Assembly (NCBI RefSeq): GCF_052425735.1
Contig: NC_135766.1
Location: forward strand, 26,598,001 to 26,662,000
DNA: 64,000 bases
Direction of reading: 5' to 3'
From: Oculina patagonica
Taxonomy: Eukaryota
The stretch's first letter is position 1, and every line of letters begins with the position of its first letter. A program made the position numbers and the translations under genes. Under the pieces are notes generated by a model, which had not been told where the DNA came from, did no database searches, and saw only the letters and a program-made list of their open reading frames with translations. Of the stretch, positions 24,401 through 41,115 are shown piece after piece.

Positions 24401-25239
24401 AAGAAAAATGTTTCTGAAAAAACTTCAGAGACAATTTTTCCTCTGCTTTTGCAACAACTGTTGCAAACAGAAAACTTTTAGGGAGACAATGTCTCTTGTT
24501 TTTGGAGATCTTAGAGGCCCTATATACCTTGATGAGGAGCCACAGTCACGTTCCTGGTAAAAGCTGCAGGTTGCTGAACTGAAGTTCTGTTGGTAGCTTG
24601 TTGTGAGACTACTTCAACTTTCCTAGCAGTGTTCATAGAAGAAGCTGCAAGAGTTTGAGCTTGTTGCTGTACTTGTCGAGCAACTCCTCTCTGGACTAAA
24701 GTCCTTTCTATAGATTGTGCAGTAACTTGAGAAACAGCCTGCCTCATCATTCGAGGTGGAATAAAACGGATGCCTGTCCCAGTGCGAGCTGCAGGAGGAG
24801 GAGGCCTCACTGCTACTGGGGGTCTGCTCATAGCTACCGGCCTGCTGACAGCTACCGGCCTACTCACAAATACCGGCCTGCTTACAACAGGTCTGCTCAT
24901 GAATGGCGGTCTTTTTGCAAACATCGGTCTTCGTGGCGTTGCTTTCGCTCGTTTCTTCGGCTTCTTCTGTTTTGCTATCAGTTTTGCGACATGTTGGTCA
25001 GATTCGCTAGCAACTCCCCTCACAACAAGTTCGCCGTCAGCATCTCTTGTAAGGCTAGCTACTTTAGGAATGCTCCTGATATAATGTTCAAGGCTGGCAT
25101 AGCCCATTTCACGGAAGGGTAGCGAAGAAAACGTAACAGTCTTGTATTCCCTGTCCAAACGGCGGAGCGCTACTCCACGAGGGCTACTAATGAGCACTGC
25201 TCGGAGCATGGCCTCAGTTTTCTTCTTCAATTCTTCCAT
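461..25239 (-). CDS. TDRD7: Tudor domain-containing protein 7-like (2 visible LOTUS/OST-HTH domains + at least 3 extended Tudor domains); multi-exon, 3' end beyond the left window edge
   Basis: Exons in transcription order with GT/AG ends and consistent phase: 24528-25239 (LOTUS1, MEELKKKTEAMLRAVLISSPRGV..LPFREMGYASLEHYIRSIP), 23732-23779, 22724-22873, tentative 22154-22188, 21326-21459 (LOTUS2, LLEEKPKGLWLKRIGAEYKKMYGDEL), 18903-18945, 18656-18698, 17423-17480, 17137-17254, 16275-16541 (Tudor, CCAQFTEDESWYRA..YVDFGN), 15253-15340, 14641-14896, 13935-14035, 12261-12361, 11711-11771, 10902-11104 (Tudor, WYRVKV..YMDYGD), 4443-4552, 3489-3612, 2945-3073, 1867-1983 (GAWYRA), 809-913 (YVDYGN), 461-493. 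LOTUS plus several Tudors fits TDRD7/tapas better than single-Tudor TDRD5. Confidence 0.85.
1075..1795 (+). mobile_element. Non-autonomous Crypton-like (tyrosine recombinase/DUF3504-type) element relic with a 164-bp 3' hairpin
   Basis: ORF 1383-1616 (EEELDKSVEDQKGINTSRSTQFALRTWQAWL) resembles the N-terminal NT..ST.(W/F)A...W..W segment of Crypton/ZMYM-QRICH1-type proteins. Subterminal inverted repeat at 1084-1103 / 1594-1616; hairpin at 1617-1780. Family call is from recognition, not a search. Confidence 0.55.
4010..4326. mobile_element. MITE with ACTGTTCACAG TIRs containing a nested 47-bp mini-element (4208-4254)
   Basis: ACTGTTCACAGCC..GGCTGTGAACAGT ends. Nested TAACCTGCGATCAGGC..GCCTGATCGCAGGTTA flanked by 9-bp TSD AATTTGTGC (4199-4207, 4255-4263). 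Confidence 0.7.
4887..5061. mobile_element. Tc1/mariner-pogo-type MITE
   Basis: CAGTCAACTCT..AGAGTTGACTG TIRs with TA on both sides. Confidence 0.8.
5200..7843 (-). mobile_element. Penelope-like retroelement (left copy; 5'-truncated inside the pseudo-LTR)
   Basis: Contains the intact RT+GIY-YIG ORF and a 3' pseudo-LTR with tail. Mirror image of the 7855-10693 copy. Confidence 0.93.
5368..7827 (-). CDS. Penelope-like element polyprotein (reverse transcriptase + GIY-YIG endonuclease), 819 aa
   Basis: KPDKG, LYGLPKTHK, SYDVTSLFTNVP, GVAMGSPLGP, RYVDD, VYRKPTNTG, and C-terminal VVY..CDLCDADYVGYTSRHLHQRIDEH..E.LFI..KPSLN. Confidence 0.95.
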   Translation of the reverse strand: MTSKRCVLLPLIFIVKCLSKFSLIRILKRDNKLHFFRRLEDCSKKQVKCDGAIEFLHLCQNFELTPTFAKVDQTKSNKWPKSSKEFIVNVIKEELRSNFKQKVSLKDEINAIYDEIRQKCSPLQYMCIVRTMVNLRKKHYEIVMSKHTNKIMRLLNKDHDVDKHIQNISSHKLSFFQKLILCRGLKFSLPQRISAIDVQASFEKLYWKLERTLSDDKKELTAATLRSIALNYIECKSPKPPKTLQRAIKQLKQLDDIVVTKPDKGTGVVVMNKSDYVSLLSQASINDTSKFAPVSLQRPKMKGRPPKHYHPLLEKEKHLDSVVRKILPKEIADSVCVKGSRLAHLYGLPKTHKEKLSMRPILSATGTYNYALAKWLDEKLKPLSVNRYTISDTFAFAEEIQNRKVDENDVLVSYDVTSLFTNVPLQETIEIIAEKAFVDNWFNETHKMNITQPDLIQLLEVATKNQLFQFDGKLYEQTDGVAMGSPLGPLMANAFLCSIKEKLEHDNKLPEFYRRYVDDTLATMKDVPAAEAFLSTLNNCHPSIQFTMELASDNKLPFVGMEILKKGHQLETSVYRKPTNTGLLLHHQSHVDKRYKKSLIKTMVNRAFHLSSTWECFVTECDRLKLMFTNLKYPASLINSTISHFVTSVMTKDPLVPAEVPNNKDIIHRVVLPFKDQTSADRVKKQLSDLSKKIDHTLQPVFKSRKIGEDLKMREPKPPLINQQCVVYNYQCDLCDADYVGYTSRHLHQRIDEHRFSAIGKHLKNDHGLNNIGDLTSNFSVLKKCSGKLDCLIYEKLFIRKNKPSLNTQSDSIRAKLFV
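8098..8140 (+). ncRNA. Variant minimal hammerhead ribozyme motif in the PLE pseudo-LTR (also 10625-10667 +, 5256-5298 -, truncated 7806-7843 -)
   Basis: CAC-TTGAAAA-T-GATGTCA(GGA)TGACATC-GAAA-CGTT-GTG: helix I, variant CUGAnGA box, 7-bp helix II, GAAA, palindromic AACGTT in place of helix III. Minimal HHRs are established features of PLE pLTRs. Confidence 0.6.
8120..10555 (+). CDS. Penelope-like element polyprotein (RT + GIY-YIG); first ATG at 8120, frame open from 8021
   Basis: Same motifs as the left copy. Nine amino-acid substitutions and an 8-aa (24-bp) N-terminal deletion relative to it. Confidence 0.95.
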   Translation: MTSKRCVLLPLIFSLIRILKRDNKLHFFRRLEDCSKKQVKCDGAIKFLHLCQNFELTPTFAKVDQTKSNKWPKSSKEFIVNVIKEELRSKFKQKVSLKDEINAIYDEIRQKCSPLQYMCIVRTMVNLRKKHYEIVMSKHTNKIMRLLNKDHDVDKHIQNISSHKLSFFQKLILCRGLKFSLPQRISAIDVQASFEKLYWKLERTLSDDKKELTAATLRSIALNYIECKSPKPPKTLQRAIKQLKQLDNIVVTKPNKGTGVVVMNKSDYVSLLSQASINDTSKFAPVSLQRPKMKGRPPKHYHPLLEKEKHLDSVVRKILPKEIADSVCVKGSRLAHLYGLPKTHKEKLSMRPILSATGTYNYAIAKWLDEKLKPLSVNRYTISDTFAFAEEIQNRKVDENDVLVSYDVTSLFTNVPLQETIEIIAEKAFIDNWFNETHKMNITQPDLIQLLEVATKNQLFQFDGKLYEQTDGVAMGSPLGPLMANAFLCSIEEKLEHDNKLPEFYRRYVDDTLATMKDVPAAEAFLTTLNNCHPSIQFTMELASDNKLPFVGMEILKKGHQLETSVYRKPTNTGLLLHHQSHVDKRYKKSLIKTMVNRAFHLSSTWECFVTECDRLKLMFTNLKYPASLINSTISHFVTSVMTKDPLVPAEVPNNKDIIHRVVLPFKDQTSADRVKKQLSDLSKKIDHTLQPVFKSRKIGEDLKMREPKPPLINQQCVVYNYQCDLCDADYVGYTSRHLHQRIDEHRFSAIGKHLKNDHGLNNIGDLTSNFSVLKKCSGKLDCLIYEMLFIRKNKPSLNTQSDSIRAKLFV
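11430..11660 (-). mobile_element. tRNA-derived SINE
   Basis: Minus strand reads GGTGGCCTAATGG (A box)..GGTTCGAGCCC (B box)..CTTGGGCAAGACACTT core. Near-identical to 15673-15962. Confidence 0.8.
12689..13000. mobile_element. TAG..CTA-ended palindromic MITE
   Basis: TAGATTGTTCACAGT..ACTGTGAACAGTCTA ends; internal inverted arms GAGTAAAAAATGCCCATGGGTAGGG / CCCTACCCATGGGCATTTTTTACTC. Confidence 0.75.
13005..13874. mobile_element. Non-autonomous pogo/mariner-type DNA transposon
   Basis: ~27-bp TIRs CCGTAAAGTTC(T/C)GTGTATAAGCCGCACC, TA TSD, internal ATAAGCCGCACC repeats. Confidence 0.88.
15673..15962 (-). mobile_element. tRNA-derived SINE (near full length), followed by a degenerate copy at ~16065-16190
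   Basis: A/B boxes on the minus strand; same body as 11430-11660. Confidence 0.8.
17649..18469. repeat. Two inverted copies (17649-17933, 18185-18469) of a ~285-bp MITE flanking a third small TIR element (~17972-18180)
   Basis: TAGAGC(G/A)GTTTTCA(C/A)TTGAGTGTCG TIRs; mirror-image ORFs in the track (17668+ vs 18226-). Confidence 0.85.
19506..20870. mobile_element. Non-autonomous Tc1/mariner-type element with ~320-bp long TIRs
   Basis: TA|CAGTCGTTCCCGTAAAACCGTG..CACGGTTTTACGGGAACGACTG|TA. ORFs 19471+ and 20552- are mirror images of the TIRs. Confidence 0.85.
22931..23226 (-). mobile_element. 5'-truncated CR1/L2-type LINE 3' end with (ATT)n tail
   Basis: Minus strand encodes NSLPLNLRNINSRLLFRKA (typical RT C-terminal WNSLP-type segment), then a 3' UTR and an (AAT)n microsatellite on +. 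Confidence 0.55.
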
Positions 25240-25719
25240 AGTTCTGTTTTGCTTCGTCTTCTACTCCGCAGAATAATTGTCTTTCAAACTTAATTCAACA
25301 TCTGTCAGGTCAAGTATTGCAATGACAGGGTTATTCTGCCACTTTCAAGGTTTCTTCGTCAAAACATGTGAAGGAAGTCACGGCGATAAACATGGCGCTC
25401 CTTCCGCACGTCAAAACGTGAGGTCCTGGGAATGAATCCTGAGCAATTTTGCCACTCTCCCACCCATACTGGCAATTTTGAATGGCTTTTTAATTGTGCA
25501 GAATGTTCAAACCTTTTTTGAGAAGCGGAGTGTTTATTACCAAGTATAGATAAAAAAATAACTATAGACCATTAAACATTTTTTAACAAAATCCCTTTAG
25601 GAATTTACATTATATAAAGTTTTCATTCCCCACCTCCCCCCCTCCCTAGATACAAAGATCCACTCCATTTCCCAGGTTGCTTTGCAATCGTTCGTCCTCT
25701 TCTGTCCTGTCCGTCCAAG
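25240..25719. promoter_or_regulatory. Bidirectional promoter region TDRD7-like / RPS8, including the RPS8 5'-TOP pyrimidine tract
   Basis: Divergent ATGs at 25239 (-) and 25720 (+). CCTCTTCTGTCCTGTCC at ~25696; YY1-like AACATGGCG at ~25389. Confidence 0.65.
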
Positions 25720-32112
<6,393 letters not shown>

Positions 32113-32625
32113 AAAGTCAACTCCTCTGAAATTTGTACAAACAACAATAAAAGTACATTACAACTGAGCTGTTGTGTCTTGAGTATTTTTGACAAACCCC
32201 CTTATCCCACTTTACAAACCACTTATCTCCTTTTCTGGCCGAAACATCTGGTGGGACATTGGGTGATTGGTTTGAATCTTATTCTTTTTATCCTTTCTGC
32301 TCATATCTTTAAACTCTTTCAGTTGACAAGCTTCCAGTACAGCCCTCCTGTTGGGTTAGCTAGACACATGTACAGTGTAAAATAATATTATACACTGTAT
32401 ATGTACTTGTAAAATTCATTAACTATTCATGAGGGTGCAAACCACTACCAGCACTGTATTCAGATCACATGTACACAACTATAAACCCCAATACAAATCA
32501 AACAATAGAATTAACTTTTGATACAGACTACTGCTCAGTTAATTAGTATTCATTAACTTTTGATACAGATCTCTACTGATTCGCATAACAAAACTTTGCA
32601 TTCAATTTATTGTTTTCATTTCACA

Positions 32626-32734
32626 AGTAGAATAAAATATTCACGTCCAATCTGTATGGGCGTTTACAATGGCTCGCCTATCGGCTCGCCATTGTAAACA
32701 CCCATACAGATCTCCCACTCATATTTTATCTACT
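32626..32734. repeat. Isolated hairpin of the CTCG/CTCG-mismatch type
   Basis: ATCTGTATGGGCGTTTACAATGG-CTCG-CC(TATC)GG-CTCG-CCATTGTAAACACCCATACAGAT. Confidence 0.8.
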
Positions 32735-33072
32735 ACATGTCCTTTGCAATAAACACATATTGCCATTCATCATTAAAAGACACTGATGAGCATCACAGGA
32801 AATATTAACGAATTGCAATCACAGGGTAGTTGTACAAACACTGTTTATTAAATAGACATGTACCTTATTACAACACGGAAACAAGAAAATGCTTTACAAA
32901 CTGTCTTGCATGATAAGTTCAGAAGTACTAATGTTAAAGTGATTCACTTGATATGGTAGCAGATGGATGTGAATTATAACTCGTCCTGTTTATTTTCATA
33001 AGTGTTAGGTTATGGCAGTGCCTAATGTTCCACAGCACACCAATCAGAGGAAAAATTCTTCTTTGTTCATAA

Positions 33073-36000
33073 CTAAAACACACCAGCTTTAACCGCCGAG
33101 TACAGCACACTGCCACCAAGAACTGCAGTAGAAAAAGCACCGATTCCAAAACCTGCGGCTCGAGAGAGTGGGAAGGCATTCAGATAAGCAATGGTGTGCA
33201 TTATTCTACCGGTTGTAAAAATACGCAGGCCCCAGATACCCCAGACAGGAGGCATATTGGAAAACATGTACAACAAGGTGACAATCATAAAGATTGGGAT
33301 GTTTTCCAGATCATTGAGATGAGCCCTGCAAATGAAAGGGGTAAGAAGTGTCTGTTAAACGTTTTTTTAATTTAAGCTAATGTGAAAACTAAAATAGTAT
33401 CTTGTTCTGTAAGTCCACCAAAACACAGTCCTTTCATGGTTTTCAATGTCTTCTTGCAATGTAATATTTTTTTTAAATGTGACTTGGTAAAACAAGCTTG
33501 GTTACAAAATTATGACAAATAATTTTGATCCTTCAAAGAAATTTAGAGGTACATCAGACTTAAGATTACTCTGTACAAACTTATTTTGGACAATTTAAAA
33601 TTATCTGTCCAAAATAAATGTAAAATAAAAATGTACAGTGATTTAGAGAAAAGGCCTAGGGGTAGGGGGTGGGGTTTGCCTCTGTTCCTGTTGGAGAATA
33701 TAGCAAAAAGACCCAGGTTAGGACAAGAAAGATTGCTTTTTCCCTCCCCTTTATTTGGAGTAGGAAAGGACCCTCCCCCCTTCAAGGGCCATCTGAAAAC
33801 CATAACTGTTGTAAAGCCATGAGGGGATGGAGTGGAGTTTGCAGATGACTAACACACACATGATTAGTGATAACTGTGAATACCTTCTAACCCTTTCTAC
33901 ATCAGGATGCTGTATAACAGGTTTGTCTTTGTTTTTTCGTCCATAATCCTCTGGGCTTGGAAGTGCCTGTAATCAAATATTTAAAACAGATGGTTGAAAC
34001 AAGCCCAGCTATGTATGTCCAGTCCTGCATTATCCCTACAAAAATTATGTTGTGAACACTGAAAAAATGGGATTGTTCATACAAGTCCCCTCATATAAAC
34101 ACTAAAATGAATTTGGCCCAGTCCTCCAGGGTTCCAGTAAATTATAGCCTGCATGGCAAACATAGCAGGACCAGATCTGACTCGTCATCATGCAGCATCT
34201 CACCTTGCATTCCCTTTCTCGGTACCCATCTCTCCCTATGCTGTACCTTTGCCGCATGCTATATGAAGACGACTGGGAACAGTCAGGGACTAGACTACAT
34301 CTCAGGGCATATTCATTTCAAAAAATATTTTGGGGGGGGCATACCTCTGGACTCGGAACTTCTCCCCCAAGAGATAATAAATCCTAGATAGAACCCTACA
34401 TACCTGCAAAATACTGTCTTTAAATTCAAGCTTGGTTGGTTTTTTAAAAACTGAAGTTAATTAGGGACTGTTCATTATTTTTGGCCGGGGGAAGGGGGGG
34501 GGGTGATTTTCAGCCAATTCAGGCATATGAAAACTTAACCCCCCCCCTGAAAGTGGATATTTTCAAAAATTACCCCCCCCCCCCAGTTTATGTGACAAGC
34601 CCAAAAGTTTAGAACTCTTCATTATTTTTAATCAAAAATTCTTCATCTTTATAATAGCTTTTGAAGAAGTAGCACAAACCCTGTAACATGTTACGGTTTC
34701 TTGACTTTTCAACTCTCAAAACGGCTACACGTGTGTTGAAACTAGGCCTTTCTCGATTATGCTAGTAAAACTGGCATTTAATGCTACTAGAAATTCTCGC
34801 ATAAAGCCAAAAAAATGCTAAAATAATGCCTGATTTCCTTAAAAAATGCCACTTGAATTCCAAAAAATGCTTTGTTTTATTTCAAACAAAACGTACAAAC
34901 TCTCACATTATATGCTCATATCAACAACAGATGATACTTAATAATTGTTTGTTTATAAAAAATAAAAATAAAAAAAATTATTTATTTTTTAAAAAAATAA
35001 AAAAACACACACACAAGTAACACAACACAAGTACACAAGTACACAAGTGACACAACGCACAAACAGTCGAAACAGACAGAAAACAATCAAATTATGTAAT
35101 CAAAATTGTGAAACTTTAGGATTATTTATCCTTCTGAGTTCTGAGTGCTGAAAATCTGGATCACAGTCATGAAAAGTGACAGAAAATGCTAGCAATTCTT
35201 TTTTGAAAAAAAAAAACGAAAAAAATGCTTGTTTAACCAACAAATGCCGAAAAAATGCTAGCATAATCGAGAAAGGCCTAGTTGAAACAACACTTTCTAA
35301 AAGTCTTCCCCCCTTATTTGTACTGTATTTTAAAAAACACCCCCCTTTTTATTGGTTTTGAAAATTTTACCCCCCCCCCACCCCCACCTCCTTAGGGAGC
35401 ATTCATTATTTATGCCAGGGGGTGGGCCGGCAAGAATAGGGGGTGGGTCATGATAAATCCAGGACACTCAGAGGGGGGTCATCAAGAAATCTGCATACAA
35501 AGAGGGGGGCTATCTGTTTTTATGTGTATTTTTGTTTTATTATTTTTGATAAATACATGTAATTTCATTGTTGCTTTCTAATAATGAAAAATGTTGAGAG
35601 TCTCTGAAACGTAATAGTTCATACATTACAGTTTAAAGCTAATGCAGAAAATGGTCAAGGTATCACAAAATGATGTTTCAATATTACGTCCAGATCGAGT
35701 TTAGTGAGGTAATTAACGGTTAAGCTGGTACCAGATTTTCCTTTGCATTGTTTTCCTCAGCATAGTTCTCGCTCTCTGAGTACTCCGCACTACTGTAATG
35801 CGCAACAACGTTTCATTCGCTATCTTCACCAGAATCATTAGATTCATTGTCTGATAACATTTCTAGGTCTTGCCTTGGGACTATGTGTAGAGCGCTTCTT
35901 TCTGTTTGTTTAGACACATGCAATGACCCTTCTGACTTTATCATCTCTCTTGCCTTTCAACAGAAGATTAAAGTGAGTTAGATATACAGCTCTTGGATTT

Positions 36001-37057
36001 TTAGCTTCTGGAATTCACCAGTGTGACAAGCTCAAGGAGTGTCACAGTTATATTTTTCGAAACTTTTCTGTTGTCTCTGCTGCCATTTTTCAATGTGTCC
36101 TTTTTGTGAAGATTCTTTGTCCTCTGTAGTAAGATGAAGCATAAAAATTATGATCTTGCACTAGTTCTTTTTCCATGGTGAAATTTTTAGAAAACAATAA
36201 ATATATTTTTGTTCTCACCGATTGCAAGTGATTATTAAATAACTATTTTTAATACGAATTAATTAGTAGTGGATAGCGTTGTTGGCACCTTCTGACTGGC
36301 TACTCAAACTCGGGATATCCTTTGCTATTAACCTGCGAGCAACTTACACAGGAAAATTGTAATCGTCGACGGGAGTAAATGAGTTAAAAATCATTCTTTT
36401 AGGATTATTTTATCTCAATATTTAAATACTAAAACGGCGAGGAAAATATCCCTGACTAGCCACCTCCACTTCGATAAATAGTTGTTAAATAAAGGCTAAA
36501 TGTGTTTCTGTGTGTGTGTGTGTTTTTTTTTTTTGCAGGCATGGGAAGAGGGGGGGGGGGGCTATCTATTTTTCACATTCCTGTAGAGGGGTCGCGACCT
36601 TTCTTATTTTCCTTAGAAGGGGGTCAACAACTTTTGTTTTGCTTGAAGATAGATCTTGCCGGCCCACCCCCTGGCATAAATAATGAATGGTCCCTTAGGC
36701 ATAAATAACAAACAGTCCCAGTTGGCTATTTATATCGTGCCAAGTCATGCTGACATAACTTCACTCTATCGTAAGAACTTTTGTCAAAGGACTGAAAATC
36801 AATCCAAAATCGCAGAACCTTATTGATGCAATTTGAAATTTGCAACATCGACTTGAAATCCTCAAATAAGACAGTTAAGTTTACATACTGATCTATTAAA
36901 ATACAATACAAATTATTTGCCGAGTCACACGCGGTACCTTGTTCTTGAGACGGTGTCTTGCGGTTAAAAAAGACATGGCCCAAGTTTTCAGCATGAGGAT
37001 ACTGCCATAGAAAATATAGGCAGACAGCAAACGATCATCCAGATTTAGTGTCACCAT
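33073..37057 (-). CDS. MGST1: Microsomal glutathione S-transferase 1-like (MAPEG), copy A, 151 aa
   Basis: Exons 36938-37057, 33884-33966, 33073-33325. Motifs PSPED, DVERVRRAHLNDLENIPIF, FTTGRIMHTIAY. Confidence 0.9.
34464..36719. mobile_element. Nested MITE stack in MGST-A intron 1
   Basis: Outer GGGACTGTT..AACAGTCCC element. Inside it: 34743-35280 (TAGGCCTTTCTCGATTATGCTAG TIR, 8-bp TSD GTTGAAAC) and 35395-36694 (GGGA.CATTCATTATTTATGCCAGGGGGTGGGCCGGCAAGA TIR, TTA TSD, Harbinger-like). Confidence 0.82.
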
Positions 37058-37843
37058 TTTAGAACTGGCAAGACCCATGGATTAATCCTGAACGGAGCGG
37101 TTCAAGAAAGCGTCCTTCGTCACGCAAGGCTGCCCGACACCAAATTATCGTTTCTATTCGTTATCAGGCTGTTTATGCGGGACTCAGTCTCCCTGACCGC
37201 GCGTCGGAGCGGGAGAACTCTTTTCGCTCGCGCGATGTAAAACAGGACGTTCGCACTGATAAATTGTATCACTATGTAGTAGATTTTCTCTTCCTCTCAG
37301 TCTTAAGTATCATAAAGCAATTAAGCCAAATAAGGGAAACAAAAATGCAAGAATCAAGCGCGCGATTAAAACTCATTTATAATGTCCGTGGTGAGCAATG
37401 CACGCCCGTGTCCCGCGACAACGTTACTCATGTCCTCCCTCGCTACGTATTACTCCCTTTCCCTTTCGAACGCCTGATCGCAAGTTACAAAGTCTGCTAA
37501 GGAGGCTAGCGACAACCTGACCGTACGAAAATCTTTTTTTGTTCCAACTCTCGTGGCCAATTGTTAATAACAAAATTGTTTTTAATCTTAGAGTTATTTT
37601 TAGACCTCGCGCGCTTCGCTATTTCAAGTTAACTGTCGAGGAACAGGAATCACGAGACGCAAATCTAGCCTTGAAGCCAAAATTCTTCCTAGCGCTTCAT
37701 GTAATCGTAAAAAAACGCTGCGCATTACTAGAAAAGAGCTTTTGAAATAAGACAATTGGATATATTGTTGGTCATTGCTTTTTATAACATTTGGTGGCTC
37801 CTAAAGGAGCCGTTGGTTTTGGCGGCAAACCCACAAAGTGAGT

Positions 37844-38215
37844 TTACTTGCTGCTGGTGTACTTGGTCACAGCCTTCGTTCCTTCACTGACGGCGTGTTT
37901 GGCCAGTTCACCGGGCAGAAGCAGCCTGATGGCGGTCTGGATCTCGCGGGAGCTGATGGTTGATTTCTTGTTGTAGTGGGCAAGGCGGGAAGCTTCGGTG
38001 GCGATGCGCTCGAAGATGTCGTTGACAAACGAGTTCATGATGCCCATGGCCTTGCTGGAGATTCCAGTGTCAGGGTGAACTTGCTTCAACACCTTGTAGA
38101 TGTAGATAGCATAGCTTTCCTTTCTCTTTCCCCTTCTCTTCTTCTTTCCTTCAGCCGAGGCCTTAGCTTTACCGGCTTTCTTCTCGCCTTTCTTTCCTGC
38201 AACTTTGGGTGCCAT
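37844..38215 (-). CDS. H2B: Histone H2B (replication-dependent)
   Basis: Canonical H2B protein, intronless, stem-loop 37796-37811. Confidence 0.99.
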   Translation of the reverse strand: MAPKVAGKKGEKKAGKAKASAEGKKKRRGKRKESYAIYIYKVLKQVHPDTGISSKAMGIMNSFVNDIFERIATEASRLAHYNKKSTISSREIQTAIRLLLPGELAKHAVSEGTKAVTKYTSSK

Positions 38216-38545
38216 GTCTGTAGATCAGAATGGATTTGAATGCCTGACAACTCGATTCCTTTTGTATTTATACTAGAATAAGGACAAGATCAATTATCGT
38301 ACGGATCGAAATCCTCGATTAGTGATTGGTTATTGTGTTCAACTGACCCTCGAGGTCAATTTTCTTTGTATGTCATTTCTTTTGAAAACAAACAAGAAAC
38401 AAATGCCCATTGAGGCGGTCCATTGAGAATCATTCAAAGTTTTGATTGGTGCATTTCGATCCTTCTTGCATAATAAGTAATTATAAATATTGTAGAGTGC
38501 TAATTTTTCAGCAATCTTCCAATTTGATTTCTTCGATTATCAAAC

Positions 38546-38926
38546 ATGTCTGGTCGCGGTAAAGGAAAAGCTAAGGGCACCAAGTCAAAGACTCGCTCAT
38601 CCCGAGCAGGGCTTCAGTTCCCAGTTGGTCGTATCCATCGTCTTCTCCGCAAAGGCAACTACGGAGAGCGTGTTGGCGCCGGTGCTCCAGTGTACTTGGC
38701 TGCTGTGCTCGAGTATTTGAGCGCTGAGATCCTCGAATTGGCGGGCAACGCTGCTCGTGACAACAAGAAGAGCAGAATCATCCCCCGTCACCTTCAGCTG
38801 GCTGTCCGCAATGACGAGGAGTTGAACAAACTGCTCGCTGGTGTCACCATTGCCCAGGGAGGTGTTCTTCCCAACATCCAGGCTGTTCTTCTACCCAAGA
38901 AGACCGAGAAGAAACCAAAAGCTTAA
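38546..38926 (+). CDS. H2A: Histone H2A (replication-dependent)
   Basis: [14 protein letters not shown]..; stem-loop 38952-38967. Confidence 0.99.
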   Translation: MSGRGKGKAKGTKSKTRSSRAGLQFPVGRIHRLLRKGNYGERVGAGAPVYLAAVLEYLSAEILELAGNAARDNKKSRIIPRHLQLAVRNDEELNKLLAGVTIAQGGVLPNIQAVLLPKKTEKKPKA

Positions 38927-39880
38927 AAAGCTTCAATTTACAAACAAAAACGGCTCCTTTAGGAGCCACCAACTGTTATTAAAGTCTTGATCAACGGTTC
39001 CCTTTCAACTGTAAAGATACATATTCTGATGATTTTCACCATTCCCGCGAATCAATTATAACTTTTTTTATTTTCATTTATAAACCCCCCCAGAAATTCT
39101 TACGAAAGTCGCGCGGCTCCAAGATTTCGCTCCTGCAACACACGCACAAACTACTTACATGAAACAGCACATGAACGCGCGTGTAAAAAGTTCAGAGAAC
39201 TGTGCAGGCTCACTTAACAAATTATATATCAACGGCTTGACCTTCCTTCCCACCATACCGACGTAGCCTTTCTGTTAACTGAATTTTCACTTTTCTGAAG
39301 CCCAACGGTTTTGGCGCGTTTAAAATGCCTTTCAATATTTGCGCGCGCGATTCAAATGGTTTGCACGCTTATAAAATTTGCATTTTAATGGGACAAACAG
39401 ACTCTCTTTAGGGTCGAGTATCATATTTGAATAATGAAAACGACAATACGCTGTGCTCGAGGCAAATATAACGCGCAAGTAATAAAATGTCCTAACTGTT
39501 CTGGTTTTTTGTTACGAATCTTGATTTTAATGAATCGGTAGCCTGTTCCAGGCGTTCGGTTAGTTCTGAAGCGGCGCAAGAAACGGCGAGCGAAAAAATG
39601 GGGAGGAACAGGCTAATGAATCGGTGGCCTGTTCAACCCCGTACCGAATGCCTGGAACAGGCTAAAGACGGTCTAGATTAATCGGTGCGCGTAATTTTAA
39701 AGCTAATTTTTTTTCCTGACCTTTCAGCATACAGAATTTCATGGGATCGCAAATTAAATCAGTCTGTATCGGTTTTATCAGGTTACAGCAAGATGGGAAA
39801 CTGCATTTATTGGTCATGACTTTTGAGAGATTTGGTGGCTCCTAAAAGAGCCGTTTGTTTCGTGTTGGTAGACTGCGCGT

Positions 39881-40267
<387 letters not shown>

Positions 40268-40677
40268 TCAGAAAACGCCGTATCAGACAAAATCCTATTG
40301 GTTGAATGTACCCAGCAGGAACAAGGGTCAAGTATTACCATAAATTGCATAAAATATTCGTCTTTATTCACACAACACGTGCTTGCATCTTCTGCAAAGG
40401 AAAACAAGTCTTTACCTTTAAAGAAGCTACATATAAACTTTTCACGAAAGCTTTTGATCACCTTTCTATCCCTTGAAGTAATTCAGTCATAGCAAAGTAA
40501 TTTCTTAACCCTGAAAAAGCTTCAATGTTTATTAGGATCGAAATATCACCACACATCCATAAAATTATGCACAGTTTTCATGCTAAGCCAATCAAATTTC
40601 TTAGTTTTAAGCCAATCAGAAACAAACCCGCCAGGTATAAAATAATTTCTAAACGGTTATTTTGCTTCAATCGTTAA

Positions 40678-41115
<438 letters not shown>

